A stretch of 64,000 nucleotides of DNA, taken from contig NW_027361928.1 of the NCBI RefSeq assembly GCF_039654945.1, positions 992,001 through 1,056,000 of the forward strand, given 5' to 3'. Numbering within the stretch: the first letter of the stretch is position 1; each line of letters begins with the position of its first letter. Below the pieces are notes generated by a model. It saw only the letters and a list, made by a program, of their open reading frames with translations, was not told the DNA's origin and ran no database searches. The DNA comes from Dendrobates tinctorius (lineage: Eukaryota). Below are positions 45,001 through 57,000 of this stretch, piece after piece. The position numbers and the translations under genes are program-made.

Positions 45001-48000
45001 TCACTCCTTACGGCGGATGTAAAGATTCTGGCGAAGGCCTTGGCCAACAGACTGACCCACGTGATTGATAAAGTAATCCACCCAGATCAATCGGGATTTA
45101 TGCCCAATAAATCTACAGCAATCAATTTAAGGAGGCTATATTTAAATATGCAAATTCCAGCCGAAAATGCTGGAAAGAGAGTAGTCGTGTCTTTGGATGC
45201 CCATAAGGCCTTCGATTGTGTGGAATGGAAGTACTTGTGGTCGGTTTTGATGGGCCTTGGGTTCGGGCCCAGGTTTATATCGTGGGTGGGGTTGCTATAC
45301 TCCTCTCCAACGGCAAAAATTAGAGTGAATAATGAATTATCTGATAGTTTCTCATTACATAGGGGTACGAGGCAGGGATGCCCATTGTCTCCGTTGCTGT
45401 TTGCCCTCGCCGTGGAGCCTCTGGCCACTAAAATAAGGGATGCACAAGAGATAAAAGGATTTGTCTATGGAGTGAAGGAGGAGAGGGTGTCTTTGTATGC
45501 CGACGATATTTTGTTATTTTTGGAGGACTCAGGAGAGAATCTGGATAACGCGGTGGCATTAATTGAGGAATTTGGGGAATTTTCCGGACTCAAAATCAAT
45601 TGGGACAAATCGTGCATAATGCCCATTGATGAGGTAGATGGGGATATGGGGGAGGTGGGAAGGTCTGCAAAATTCAAGGTGGTTTCGGGATTTAAATATT
45701 TGGGGATACAAATCGCCCTTCCTCTGACGAGGTTTGAAGAACTTAATCTAAGCCCTTTTGCTACAAAAAATTCGTTCCAAAATATCAGCGTGGAATAAAT
45801 TGCATCTTTCGGTAATTGGAAGGGTGAACCTTCTAAAAATGATTGTGATGCCTCAGCTGTTATATCTACTGCATAGTTCTCCAATTTGGATCTCGCAGAG
45901 AAGGTTCCACAAAATTAAATCGCTGTTTGGCGAACTAATATGGGGGGGGGGGGGGGGGAGCCCAAGGTTTAACCCTTTCGCGCCTGAGCCTGTTTTTGCC
46001 TTCGTGACCAGGCCAATTTTTTCAATTCTGACCAGTGTCACTTTATGAGGCCATAACTCTAGAACGCTTCAACGGATCCTGCTGATTCTGACATTGTTTT
46101 CTCATGACATATTGTACTTCAGGATAGTGGTAAAATTTCTTAGATATGAACTGCGCTTATATGTTAAAAAAAATCGAAATTTGGCAAAAATTTTGAAAAT
46201 TTTGCAATTTTCAAACTTTTAATTTTTATGCCCTTAAATCAGAGAGTGATATCGCACAAAATAGTTAATAAATAACATTTCCCACATGTCTACTTTACAT
46301 CTGCACAATTTTGGAAACATAATTTTTTTTTTTTTGGAAGTTATAAGGGTTAAAAGTTGACCAGCGATTTCTCATTTTTACAACAAAATTTACAACACCA
46401 TTTTTTTTAGGGACCACCTCACATTTAAAGTGAGTTTGGGGGGTCAATATGACAGAAAATACCCAAAAGTGACACCATTCTAAAAACTGCACCTCTCAAT
46501 GTACTCAAAACCACATTCAAGAAGTTTATTAACCCTTCAGGTGCTTCACATGAATGAATGGAATGTGGAAGGAAAAAATAAACATTTAACTTTTTTTCCA
46601 CAAACATTTTACTTCAGAACCATTTTTTTTATTTTCACAAGTGTAAAAACAGAAAATGAACCACAAAATTTTTTGTGCAATTTCTCCCAAATACGCCGAT
46701 ACCCCGTATGTGGGGCTAAACCACTGTTTGAGCACACGGCAGAGCTCAGAAAGGAAGCAGCGCCGTTTGACTTTTTCAATGCAGAATTGGCTGGAATTGA
46801 GATAGGACGCCATGTCGCATTTGGAGAGCCCCTGATGTACCAAAACAGTGGAGACCCCCACAAGTGACCCCATTTTGGAAACTAGACCCCTTAAAGAACT
46901 TATCTAGATGTGTCGTGAGCACTTTGAACCCCCAAGGGCTTCACAGAAGTTTATAACGTAGAGCCATGAAAATAAAAAATCATTTTTGTTCCACAAACAT
47001 GATCTTTTAGCCCCCAATTTTTTATTTTCACAAGGGTAACAGGAGAAATTGGACCCCAAAAGTTGTTGTCCAATTTGTCCTGAGTACACTGGTACCCCAT
47101 ATGTGGAAGAAAACTACTGTTTGGGCTCACGTCAGGGATCGGAAGGGAAGTAGTGACGTTTTGGAATGCAGACTTTGATGGAATGGTCTGCGGGTGTCAT
47201 GTCGCGTTTGCAGAACCCCTGATGTGCCTAAATAGTGGAAATCCTCCACAAGTGACCCCTTTTTGGAAACTAGACCTCCCAAGGAACTTATCTAGATGTG
47301 AGGTGAGCACTTTGAACCCCCAAGTGTTTCACTAAAGTTTATAATGTAGAGCCGTGAAAATAAAAAAATCAATTTTTTTCCACAAAAATGATCTTTTAGC
47401 TCCCAATTTTTATTTTCACAAGGGTAACAGGAGAAATTGGACCCTAAGAGTTGTTGTCCAATTTGTCCTGAGTACGCTGGTACCCCACATGTGGGGGGGG
47501 ACCACTGTTTGGGCACACGGTGGGGCTCGGAAGGGAAGTAGTGACGTTCTGGAATGCAGACTTTGATGGAATGGTCTGTGGGTGTCATATTGCATTTACA
47601 GAGCCCCTGATGTACCTAAACAGTGGAAACCCCCAATTCGAATTCCAACCCTAACCCCAACACACCCCCAACCCTAGCCCCAACCCTAGCCCCAACCCTA
47701 GCCCCAACCCTAGACATAGCCTTAGCCTGCCTACTTTTTTTTTTTCTTTACTTTTTTTTTTATTTTTGTGTTTTTTATTTTTTGTATTTTTGACTCATAG
47801 TAACGCCACTTCTCCTCTCACTTCTCTGATCTCACACTGACAGATGATCAGAGGAGAAGCAGCGTTACTGTGTGACAAGATCGCTGCCTGACACAGCTGT
47901 GCCAGGCAGCGATCTAGTCACACTGTAACGCTGCTTCACCTCTGCTCATCTGTCAGCGTGAGATCAGAGGAGAAGTCGTGTTATAATGAGGGAGATCGCC

Positions 48001-51000
48001 GGGAAACAAGCAGCTTTCCCAGCGAGCTCTCTCATTGGCTGCTGTGACGCGACGTTATCAGGACCTGAACCAATCAGGTCTCGATGACGTCGGGGGTCCC
48101 AGCATGCATTGTGCACCGGGATCCCCGCGTTATAAGGTATGAGGGGGTCCCGGGGGGCACAAAACCGCCGACAGTAGATAAACGTCGGCGCTGCACAAAG
48201 CCCAGCAAGCGCCAACCTTTATCTACTGTGGGCGGTCGGGAAGAGGTTAAACAAGAAACTTTGCAGAGGCCAAAGGAGGTTTGGCGCTTCCCAACCCCTG
48301 GGTATATTTTTTATCAGCACAATGCCAGCATATTGGAGGATTGGGGGAGGAGACGGGACAGGGACAATCGCCCAGTACTTTGGGATATTTGTTTGGTAAA
48401 TGGCCTCTGGGAGAGAGTTTGGAAGGGGGGCAGTTTTTAAAATTAGGCTCTCGGTTTCCTACTGTTCTCCTAATTCATAAGGTTTGGGAAAAAGTTAAAC
48501 AGATTAGGGGTGTCATAGGCCTTACCAAATACTCTCCTGTATGGGATAATATAAATGTACAAGAATTCGAGCGAATGGAAGGATTTGGGCCCTGGAGAGA
48601 GGCAGGAATCAGAAGGATGGGTCAGCTCATGGGTCAGGGGAGACTTAAGCCATTTGTGGAGCTGCAGACAGAATTCCAGTTACCGCATTCAGATTTGTAT
48701 CATTCTAGAAGAATTCAGCATGCGTATCGGGCGCAATGTCGGAGGAAACTTATTGAGATCCAGTTTGATATCACGCTGGCCTCCATTTTGGGGAACAGCG
48801 GGACAAGGGGGGCAATCTCAGAAGTGTATAGAGATTTATTATTCACCTTTCTAGTCAAACATCCCATCAAGTCTAGAGTGAAATGGGAAGCTGAACTGGG
48901 AGAGATAAAGGACGATAGATGGGAATCTATTCTAGAATATGGGCCTAACATCTCTATGAGCGAACCTGGGAGGATGTCTCAGCTGTACGTGATTCATGGA
49001 GCTTACAGAACTCCCGATAGACTGTTCAGGATGGGTCTGAGGTCCGATTCCGAGTGTCCACAGGAACGGGCAGACATGCTGCACATGCTGCGGCATTGCC
49101 CTAGATTGTCTCGGATTGAATTGATATATAGGTGTGTAATCCCCAGAGACCCTTTGGTCTGTATATTAGGGTATGTAGAGGAATTAGTAGCGGTATCTAT
49201 GGTCACACTGGCGATTGCTAGACTGTTGTTCATAGCAAGGAAGCTGATCGCTCGGTTCTGGACCAGAGAGGAGCCTCCGACTAGACGAGACTTTCTTGCG
49301 CAGGCGGAGCATATAATTTCATTGGAAAAAAGTATTTATACCAAGAGAAATAAACTCGATGTATTTCATTAGATATGGCAGCCATGGGTAGAATGGAGTT
49401 AGATTTGTGGGGAGGATGTATTATGATATAGATGATGTTCATAATAAACAGTTATATATGGAGGTGGGAAAGAGTATCGGAATAGAACTGAGGAAGACAC
49501 TGAAGGGGTCTCGGGGGGGGGGGGGGTTGTTCATAAAAATATATGATTATATGTGAACAATTGGTTGATGTCATATATGTTATAATTGTTATCATTAATA
49601 AAAACGTATCTGATTTAAAAAAAAAAAAGAGCAGGGCGAGGAGCAGAGTGAAGAGCGGGGCGAGGAGCAGAATGAAGAGCGGGGCGAGGAGCAGAGTGAA
49701 GAGCGGGGCGAGGAGCAGAGTGAAGAGCGGGGCGAGGAGCAGAGTGAAGAGCGGGGCGAGGAGCAGAGTGAAGAGCGGGGCGAGGAGCAGAGTGAAGAGC
49801 GGGGCGAGGAGCAGAGTGAAGAGCGGGGCGAGGAGCAGAGTAAAGAGCAGGAGCAGTGCGAGGAGCAGGGCAAGGAGACGAGGACTCACCACTGTCGGGG
49901 GGCAATTAGGAGATGAAAATTTGACAACGAGGAGGTCGCGATCCATGGCCATTAACTTCCAGCTGCCGGGAGACGAATCTGCAGAACAAGCAGCACACCA
50001 GTGGGCAAAACTGGAAACAGCGCGGAGGCACACAACGCAGAGGAACAAGGCGAGGAGGCACACAAAGCGGAGGAACAAGGCGAGGAGGCACACAACGCGG
50101 AGGAACAAGGCGCGGAGGCACACAACGCGGGGGAACAAGGCGCAGAGGCACACAAAGCGGAGGAACAAGGCGAGGAGGCACACAAAGCGGAGGAACAAGG
50201 CGCAGAGGCACACAAAGCGGAGGAACAAGGCGCAGAGGCACACAAAGCGGAGGAAGAAGGCGCAGAGGCACACAAAGCGGAGGAAGAAGGCGCAGAGGCA
50301 CACAAAGCGGAGGAAGAAGGCGCGGAGGCACACAACGCGGAGGAACAAGGAGCGGAGGCACACAACGCGGGGGAACAAGGAGCGGAGGCACACAAAGCGG
50401 AGGAACAAGGCGCGGAGACACACAACGCGGAAGAACAAGGCGAGGAGGCACACAACGCGGAGGAACAAGGCGAGGAGGCACACAACGCGGAGGAACAAGG
50501 CGCGGAGGAACAAGGCGCGGAGGCACACAACGCGGAGGAACAAGGCGCGGAGGCACACAACGCGGAGGAACAAGGCGCGGAGGCACACAACGCGGAGGAA
50601 CAAGGCGAGGAGGCACACAAAGCGGAGGAACAAGGCGCAGAGGCACACAAAGCGGAGGAACAAGGCACGGAGGCACACAACGCGGAGGAACAAGGCGCGG
50701 AAGCAAAAGGTGCGGAGACAACGCGGAGGAACAAGGCGCGGAGACACATGGTGCGGCGTCTCACCCTGGGGCTGTAGAGCGGTCACCGTCCCAGTCATTA
50801 TGTCCACTACAAACAGGACCTGAGCGAGAGAAGGATCATGAGCAGGTAGATGTGGAGACCCTCGGCTCCGCTGCTGCACTGTCCATGCAGTGGAGTATGG
50901 CGCCCCTCGCAGTGCTTTACCTGACGACTGCGCAGCAGTGTGTCGATGATGACCCTCTGACTGTCCGCGGACCAGCAGGATGGCGCCAGCAGTGACATGT

Positions 51001-54000
51001 AAATGCCCCCAAACTGCCCTGTGGAAAAAGGAGGCTGTGAGAGCACTGACAGGTGGCGGGGGTTATCGGGGTGCAGGGGGTCGCTCACCATCTGCAGGTC
51101 TGGGAACAACGTCCACCACAGAGGAGGTGACCTTCGTGTACCAGTCATACTGAAATAAATGGGAGACTCCATTACAATCTACGGCAGAGTGGACCGCCGC
51201 AGAGCTGCATACGGTGGGGGGCAACCCAGGAAGCATCAAGGGGGGCAGCTAGCCAAAGACCGAGCGAGGGACTGTGAGGAAAGGACACTGCAAGGGGAGC
51301 GTCGTGCTGTGAGGGGTGGGGGGGGAGCGTCGTGCTGTGCGGGGTGGGGGGGGAGCGTCGTGCTGTGCGGGGTGGGGGGGGAGCGTCGTGCTGTGCGGGG
51401 TGGGGGGGGAGCGTCGTGCTGTGCGGGGTGGGGGGGGAGCGTCGTGCTGTGCGGGGTGGGGGGGGAGCGTCGTGCTGTGCGGGGTGGGGGAGCGTCGTGC
51501 TGTGCGGGGTGGGGGGAGCGTCGTGCTGTGCGGGGTGGGGGGAGCGTCGTGCTGTGCGGGGTGCAGTTCACAATCCGCGGCAGGTGAGAGCGCGGGATAC
51601 AGGCCGCCCCGTAGTGAGGGGCAGCAGCGGCTCCAGACTTCAATCAATAATATAAATCAAAAATAATGAGCAGAATTAAGTCTTCAGAGCAGTCACCCTG
51701 ATACTCTGCTATCTCCTAACTCCTCCTGGGAACAAAGACCATTACTGTACGAGGAACCGGCGACCCCACAACCAGCAAAACAAACACCAGAAATCAGGAA
51801 CATGGAGGCGACACCAACCATCAGCATCTGGCAGCACTGCAGGTGAGGGCCGAGAGCTTCGCACTGCAGGTACACAATGCGACACTTGTCAGGACTGAGC
51901 CGAGGAGAGAAGACAGCAGAACAGTCACACGAAAGAGTCTCTGGAAAACAGGAGCAGAAAGAGGAGCCTTAAAGAGAAGTCAGATACAGTACCCCAGAGC
52001 TGCACTCACTATTCTGCTGGTGCAGTCACTGTGTACATACATTACATTACTGATCCTGAGTTACCTCCTGTATTATACCCCAGAGCTGCACTCACTATTC
52101 TGCTGGTGCAGTCACTGTGTACATACATTACTGATCCTGAGTTACATCCTGTATTATACCCCAGAGCTGCACTCACTATTCTGCTGGTGCAGTCACTGTG
52201 TACATACATTACATTACTGATCCTGAGTTACATCCTGTATTATACCCCAGAGCTGCACTCACTATTCTGCTGGTGCAGTCACTGTGTACATACATTACAT
52301 TACTGATCCTGAGTTACATCCTGTATTATACTCCAGAGCTGCACTCACTATTCTGCTGGTGCAGTCACTGTGTACATACATTACTGATCCTGAGTTACAT
52401 CCTGTATTATACTCCAGAGCTGCACTCACTATTCTGCTGGTGCAGTCACTGTGTACATACATTACATTACTGATCCTGAGTTACATCCTGTATTATACTC
52501 CAGAGCTGCACTCACTATTCTGCTGGTGCAGTCACTGTGTACATACATTACATTACTGATCCTGAGTTACATCCTGTATTATACTCCAGAGCTGCACTCA
52601 CTATTCTGCTGGTGCAGTCACTGTGTACATACATTACTGATCCTGAGTTACATCCTGTATTATACTCCAGAGCTGCACTCACTATTCTGCTGGTGCAGTC
52701 ACTGTGTACATACATTACTGATCCTGAGTTACATCCTGTATTATACTCCAGAGCTGCACTCACTATTCTGCTGGTACAGTCACTGTGTACATACATTACT
52801 GATCCTGAGTTACATCCTGTATTATACCCCAGAGCTGCACTCATTATTCTGCTGGTGCAGTCACTGTGTACATACATTACATTACTGATCCTGAGTTACA
52901 TCCTGTATTATACCCCAGAGCTGCACTCACTATTCTGCTGGTGCAGTCACTGTGTACCTACATTACATATCCTGAGTTACATTTATATAGCGCCATTTAT
53001 TCCATGGCGCTTTACATGTGAAAAGGGGAAACACAGACAAGTACAATAAACGTGTGTAAGACAAGGGACACACAAGTACAGGAGGAGAGGGGACCCTGCC
53101 CGCGAGGGCTCACAGTCTACAGGGAGGGTGAGGACACAGTAGGAGATAGTAGAGCAGGTCGTGCTGTGGTTCAGTAGACCGAGGATCACTGCAGGCTGTA
53201 GGCTTGTCGGATCAGGTCGGTCTTCAGGTTCTTCTTGAAGGTTTCCATGGTAGGTGAGAGTCTGATGTGTTGCGGCAGGGAGTTCCAGAGTATGGGGGAA
53301 GCACGGGAGAAGTCTTGTATGTGGTTGTGGGAAGAAGAGATAAGGGGGGAATAGAGGAGGAGATCTTGGGACGATCGAAGGTTGCGTGCGGGTAGGTACC
53401 TAGAGACCATGTCACAGATGTAAGGAGGACTCAGGTTGTGGACGGCTTTGTATGTCATGGTTAGGGTTTTGAATTGGAGCCTCTGGGTGATAGGAAGCCA
53501 GTGAGGGACCTGGCATAGGGGGGAGGCTGGGGAATAGCGGGGAGACAGGTAGATTAGTCGGGCAGCAGAGTGTAGGATGGACTGGAGCGGAGCCAGAGTG
53601 CTAGAGGGGAGGCCAGAGAGTAGGAGGTTGCAGTAGTCGAGGCGGGAGATAAGGGCGTGCACTAGTGTTTTTGTGGTTGAGGAATGAGCGGATCCGGGAA
53701 ATATTTTTGAGTTTGCGGCAGCAGGAGGAGGCGAGGGCTTGGATATGTGGTTTGAAAGAGAGCGCAGAGTCGAGGATCACCCCGAGGCACCGAGTGTGCG
53801 GGACTGGGGAAAGAGAGCAGCGGTTGACATTGACGGATCGGTCTGGTGGAGGGGTGGAGTGAGATGGGGAAAGATGATGAATTCTGCTTTGTCCATGTTC
53901 AGTTTGAGAAAGCAAGCAGAGAAGAAGGCTGAGACAGCGGACAGACATTGTGGGATGTCGGTCAGTACGGAGGCGAGGTCGGGTCCAGATAGGTAGATCT

Positions 54001-57000
54001 AGAGGCGATACTGCAAACCGTGGGATTCTAGGAGCTGTCCCAGGCGGAAGGTGTAGATGGAGAAGAGCAGGGGTCCGAGGACAGAGCCTTGGGGAACACC
54101 GGCAGGGGGCGCGGTGAGGAGGCGGTGTGTGAAGCCCTGCACAGGACTCCTCGCACACTGGGGGGTGGGGGGGTTACAGTTTGAGGTCGGTTCTCACCAC
54201 AGTTTCCTCCGGTCAGGTCCACAAAGAACAAGGCGGACCTAGAGGCAGAGATCTGGGGTCAGTAATGTTATTATGGAGGTGGTTAGAATTGTGATTACGG
54301 GGGCAGCCTCGCAGCATCTTAGGCCGTTACCTCCGGTTAGCGCAGTACTTTAAGCCGAGGCGGTAGGGACTGTGCCACCAGCCCACAAACAGCACGCCCG
54401 TGTCATCCGGTGACCAGAAGGCCTGGCAGGAGGGGAGAGCAGCGTCACGTGCAGGCATCAGGCGGTATTACGATGGTGGCGGCTAATGCTCACCTGACCC
54501 GGGGAGACGGCAGCGGGGATTCCCTCCAGCACAGAGATGTTGCCGCTCTCGATGTCCAGCACACACAGCGCCGGGACGCTCTTACCCACCAGACAATCGC
54601 CCCAGTCCTCATGGAGAACGAACTGATCTCCCTGCAGAAGGAAGAACGCAGAGTAATGGCCGACACCGACGTGCGAGAGCGGGGAGCAGAGGACGCCGAC
54701 GCGCGAGAGCGGGGAGCAGAGGACGCCGACGCGCGAGAGCGGGGAGCAGAGGACGCCGACGCGCGAGAGCGGGGAGCAGAGGACGCAGACGCGCGAGAGC
54801 GGGGAGCAGAGGACGCAGACGCGCGAGAGCGGGGAGCAGAGGACGCAGACGCGCGAGAGCGGGGAGCAGAGGACGCAGACGCGCGAGAGCGGGGAGCAGA
54901 GGACGCAGACGTGCGAGAGCGGGGAGCAGAGGACGCAGACGTGCGAGAGCGGGGAGCAGAGGACGCAGACGTGCGAGAGCAGAGCGGGGGAGGGGGTGCG
55001 GTGCAGAACGTGGGGGAGGGGGTGCGGTGCAGAACGTGGGGGAGGGGGTGCGGTGCAGAACGCGGGGGAGGGGGTGCGGTGCAGAACGCGGGGGAGGGGG
55101 TGCGGTGCAGAGCGCGGGGTGCCCTCACCTTCACCGTTTTCTCGGCGCCGTCCTCTTCTTCTTCTGCTGCGTGATTTTTGGCATCGAAGAACGACTTGGT
55201 TTTCGGTCTCTTCTTCTCGGCGATGTACAGAAGATGTGTCTCTGAGTGCGACCAGGACAGAGACCCGAACTGCTCTGCAGGGAAAAGACAGGCGAAGTAA
55301 GGGCCAGGACCCCACCACGAGGCACCACCCACCACCACCACACCAGATCCCACCACGAGGCACCACCCACCACCACACCGGATCCCACCGCAAGGCACCA
55401 CCCATCACACTCACCGTCCTCGTACACCTTCCCGTGTTGCTCCAGCGCTGTCAGGTTGATGCTTTTCACCTTCCGGTTTCTGTCCCACACCTGAAATGAG
55501 TAGAGGAGGCGCAGTGACCTCAGAGGCTCCTACCAGACACCCCCGGCTCTGCTCCTCACCTCCAGGAACTGCGCGTCCTCCCCGCCCCGGGTCTTGGTCT
55601 CTCGCAGGACGGCCTTCAGCGCTCCCGAGGGCGACTCCCTGCTGAGCAGTCTGGGGGGACACGGAGGGACACAGGTGACCACCACGCAGGCCGATCCCCA
55701 GGACAGTCCGACTGTTCAGCATCTGCAGGCTGCACGGTATGGACAGCACTCCGCCATCATCCCCGGACCTCCGCTCAGCTTCCTCCATGCCTCCAATGCA
55801 TGCAACTCTGGGCTCCCTCCCGCCCTGCACCCCCTCCCTGGCGGTCTCTGCCTCCCCTCACCCTTCACCCCCACCCATGTGGTCTCTGCCTCCCCTAACC
55901 CTTCACCCCCACCCATGTGGCCTCTGCCTCCCCTCGCCCTGCACCCCCACCCAAGTGGTCTCGGCCTCTGCCTCCCCGGCGGTCTCTGCCTCCCCTCGCC
56001 CTGCACCCCCACCCAAGTGGTCTCGGCCTCTGCCTCCCCGGCGGTCTCTGCCTCCCCTCGCCCTGCACCCCCACCCAAGTGGTCTCGGCCTCTGCCTCCC
56101 CGGCGGTCTCTGCCTCCCCTCCCCGGCGGTCTCCGTCACTTACTCTCCTCGGATCTCGCTGCTGTTCCCGCACGCTCCGGCGTACACCACTGTGTTATTA
56201 TCATGGAAGACGATGTACTGGCGGCAGAACTTCACCTGCTCGTTACGATCCAGATCTCTCTGTGCCCATTCTACGGGGAAGAACCAGGGCTCTCATGAGG
56301 GGGCCACACTGCGCGGACAGCACTCACAGAGGACGCCCCCAACTCTGCACCCACCGGTGTTGGCCAATATACTGTTCCCCACTTATATAATAACACAATC
56401 ATGTACCGCAGCTGTACAGACGTCATCACTGTCCCCATCGGGGCTCACAATCTACAATCCCATCAGCCTTCGGAGTGTGGGAGGAACCAAAGGAAACATG
56501 GGGACAACACACAGACCCCCTAAAGATGATGTGCTGGGAGGGGTTCGAATCCTGGACCCCAGTGTGCCGGTACTGACCACTGAGCCACCGTGCAATTCGT
56601 GTGTGGTGTACAGGAAAATCACACGGCCCGGACAGAACAGAAAAGATCCAACAGATCTATAGGGGGTGCAGCGGCCAGCGACAGAGAGAGCAGAAAAGCC
56701 GGAAATCCATCCGCCCGGATCTGTGAGATCACTGCAGGAGAGGGGTCGCACCCGGGAACTCCATACAGAATGTGGGTGCAAATATCCGCACCGCGGACAG
56801 AACGCAGCTGTGTAACGTAAGGATGATCTGTTTATATTCTATCCTGTCTCACGTACCCGCTTCTCAGCCCGTGACTCGGGGTGTCGCCTGCAAGGGTTAA
56901 TCTGTCTCCTCTCAGTCCAGCATTCACCCTCTGTCCTATGCTGCAGTGGGAGCATAAATCACACCCCGACACAGACCACGCACCCCGCTCATACACGCTG

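Noticed and set aside
47645-47715. Interstitial telomere or chromosome fusion site
   Set aside because: Short, degenerate and internal to a TTAA-flanked transposon.
49452-50879. Arg-rich and Glu/Ala-rich ORFs
   Set aside because: A 30-bp minisatellite in APEH intron 13; only the embedded APEH exons 13-14 are real.
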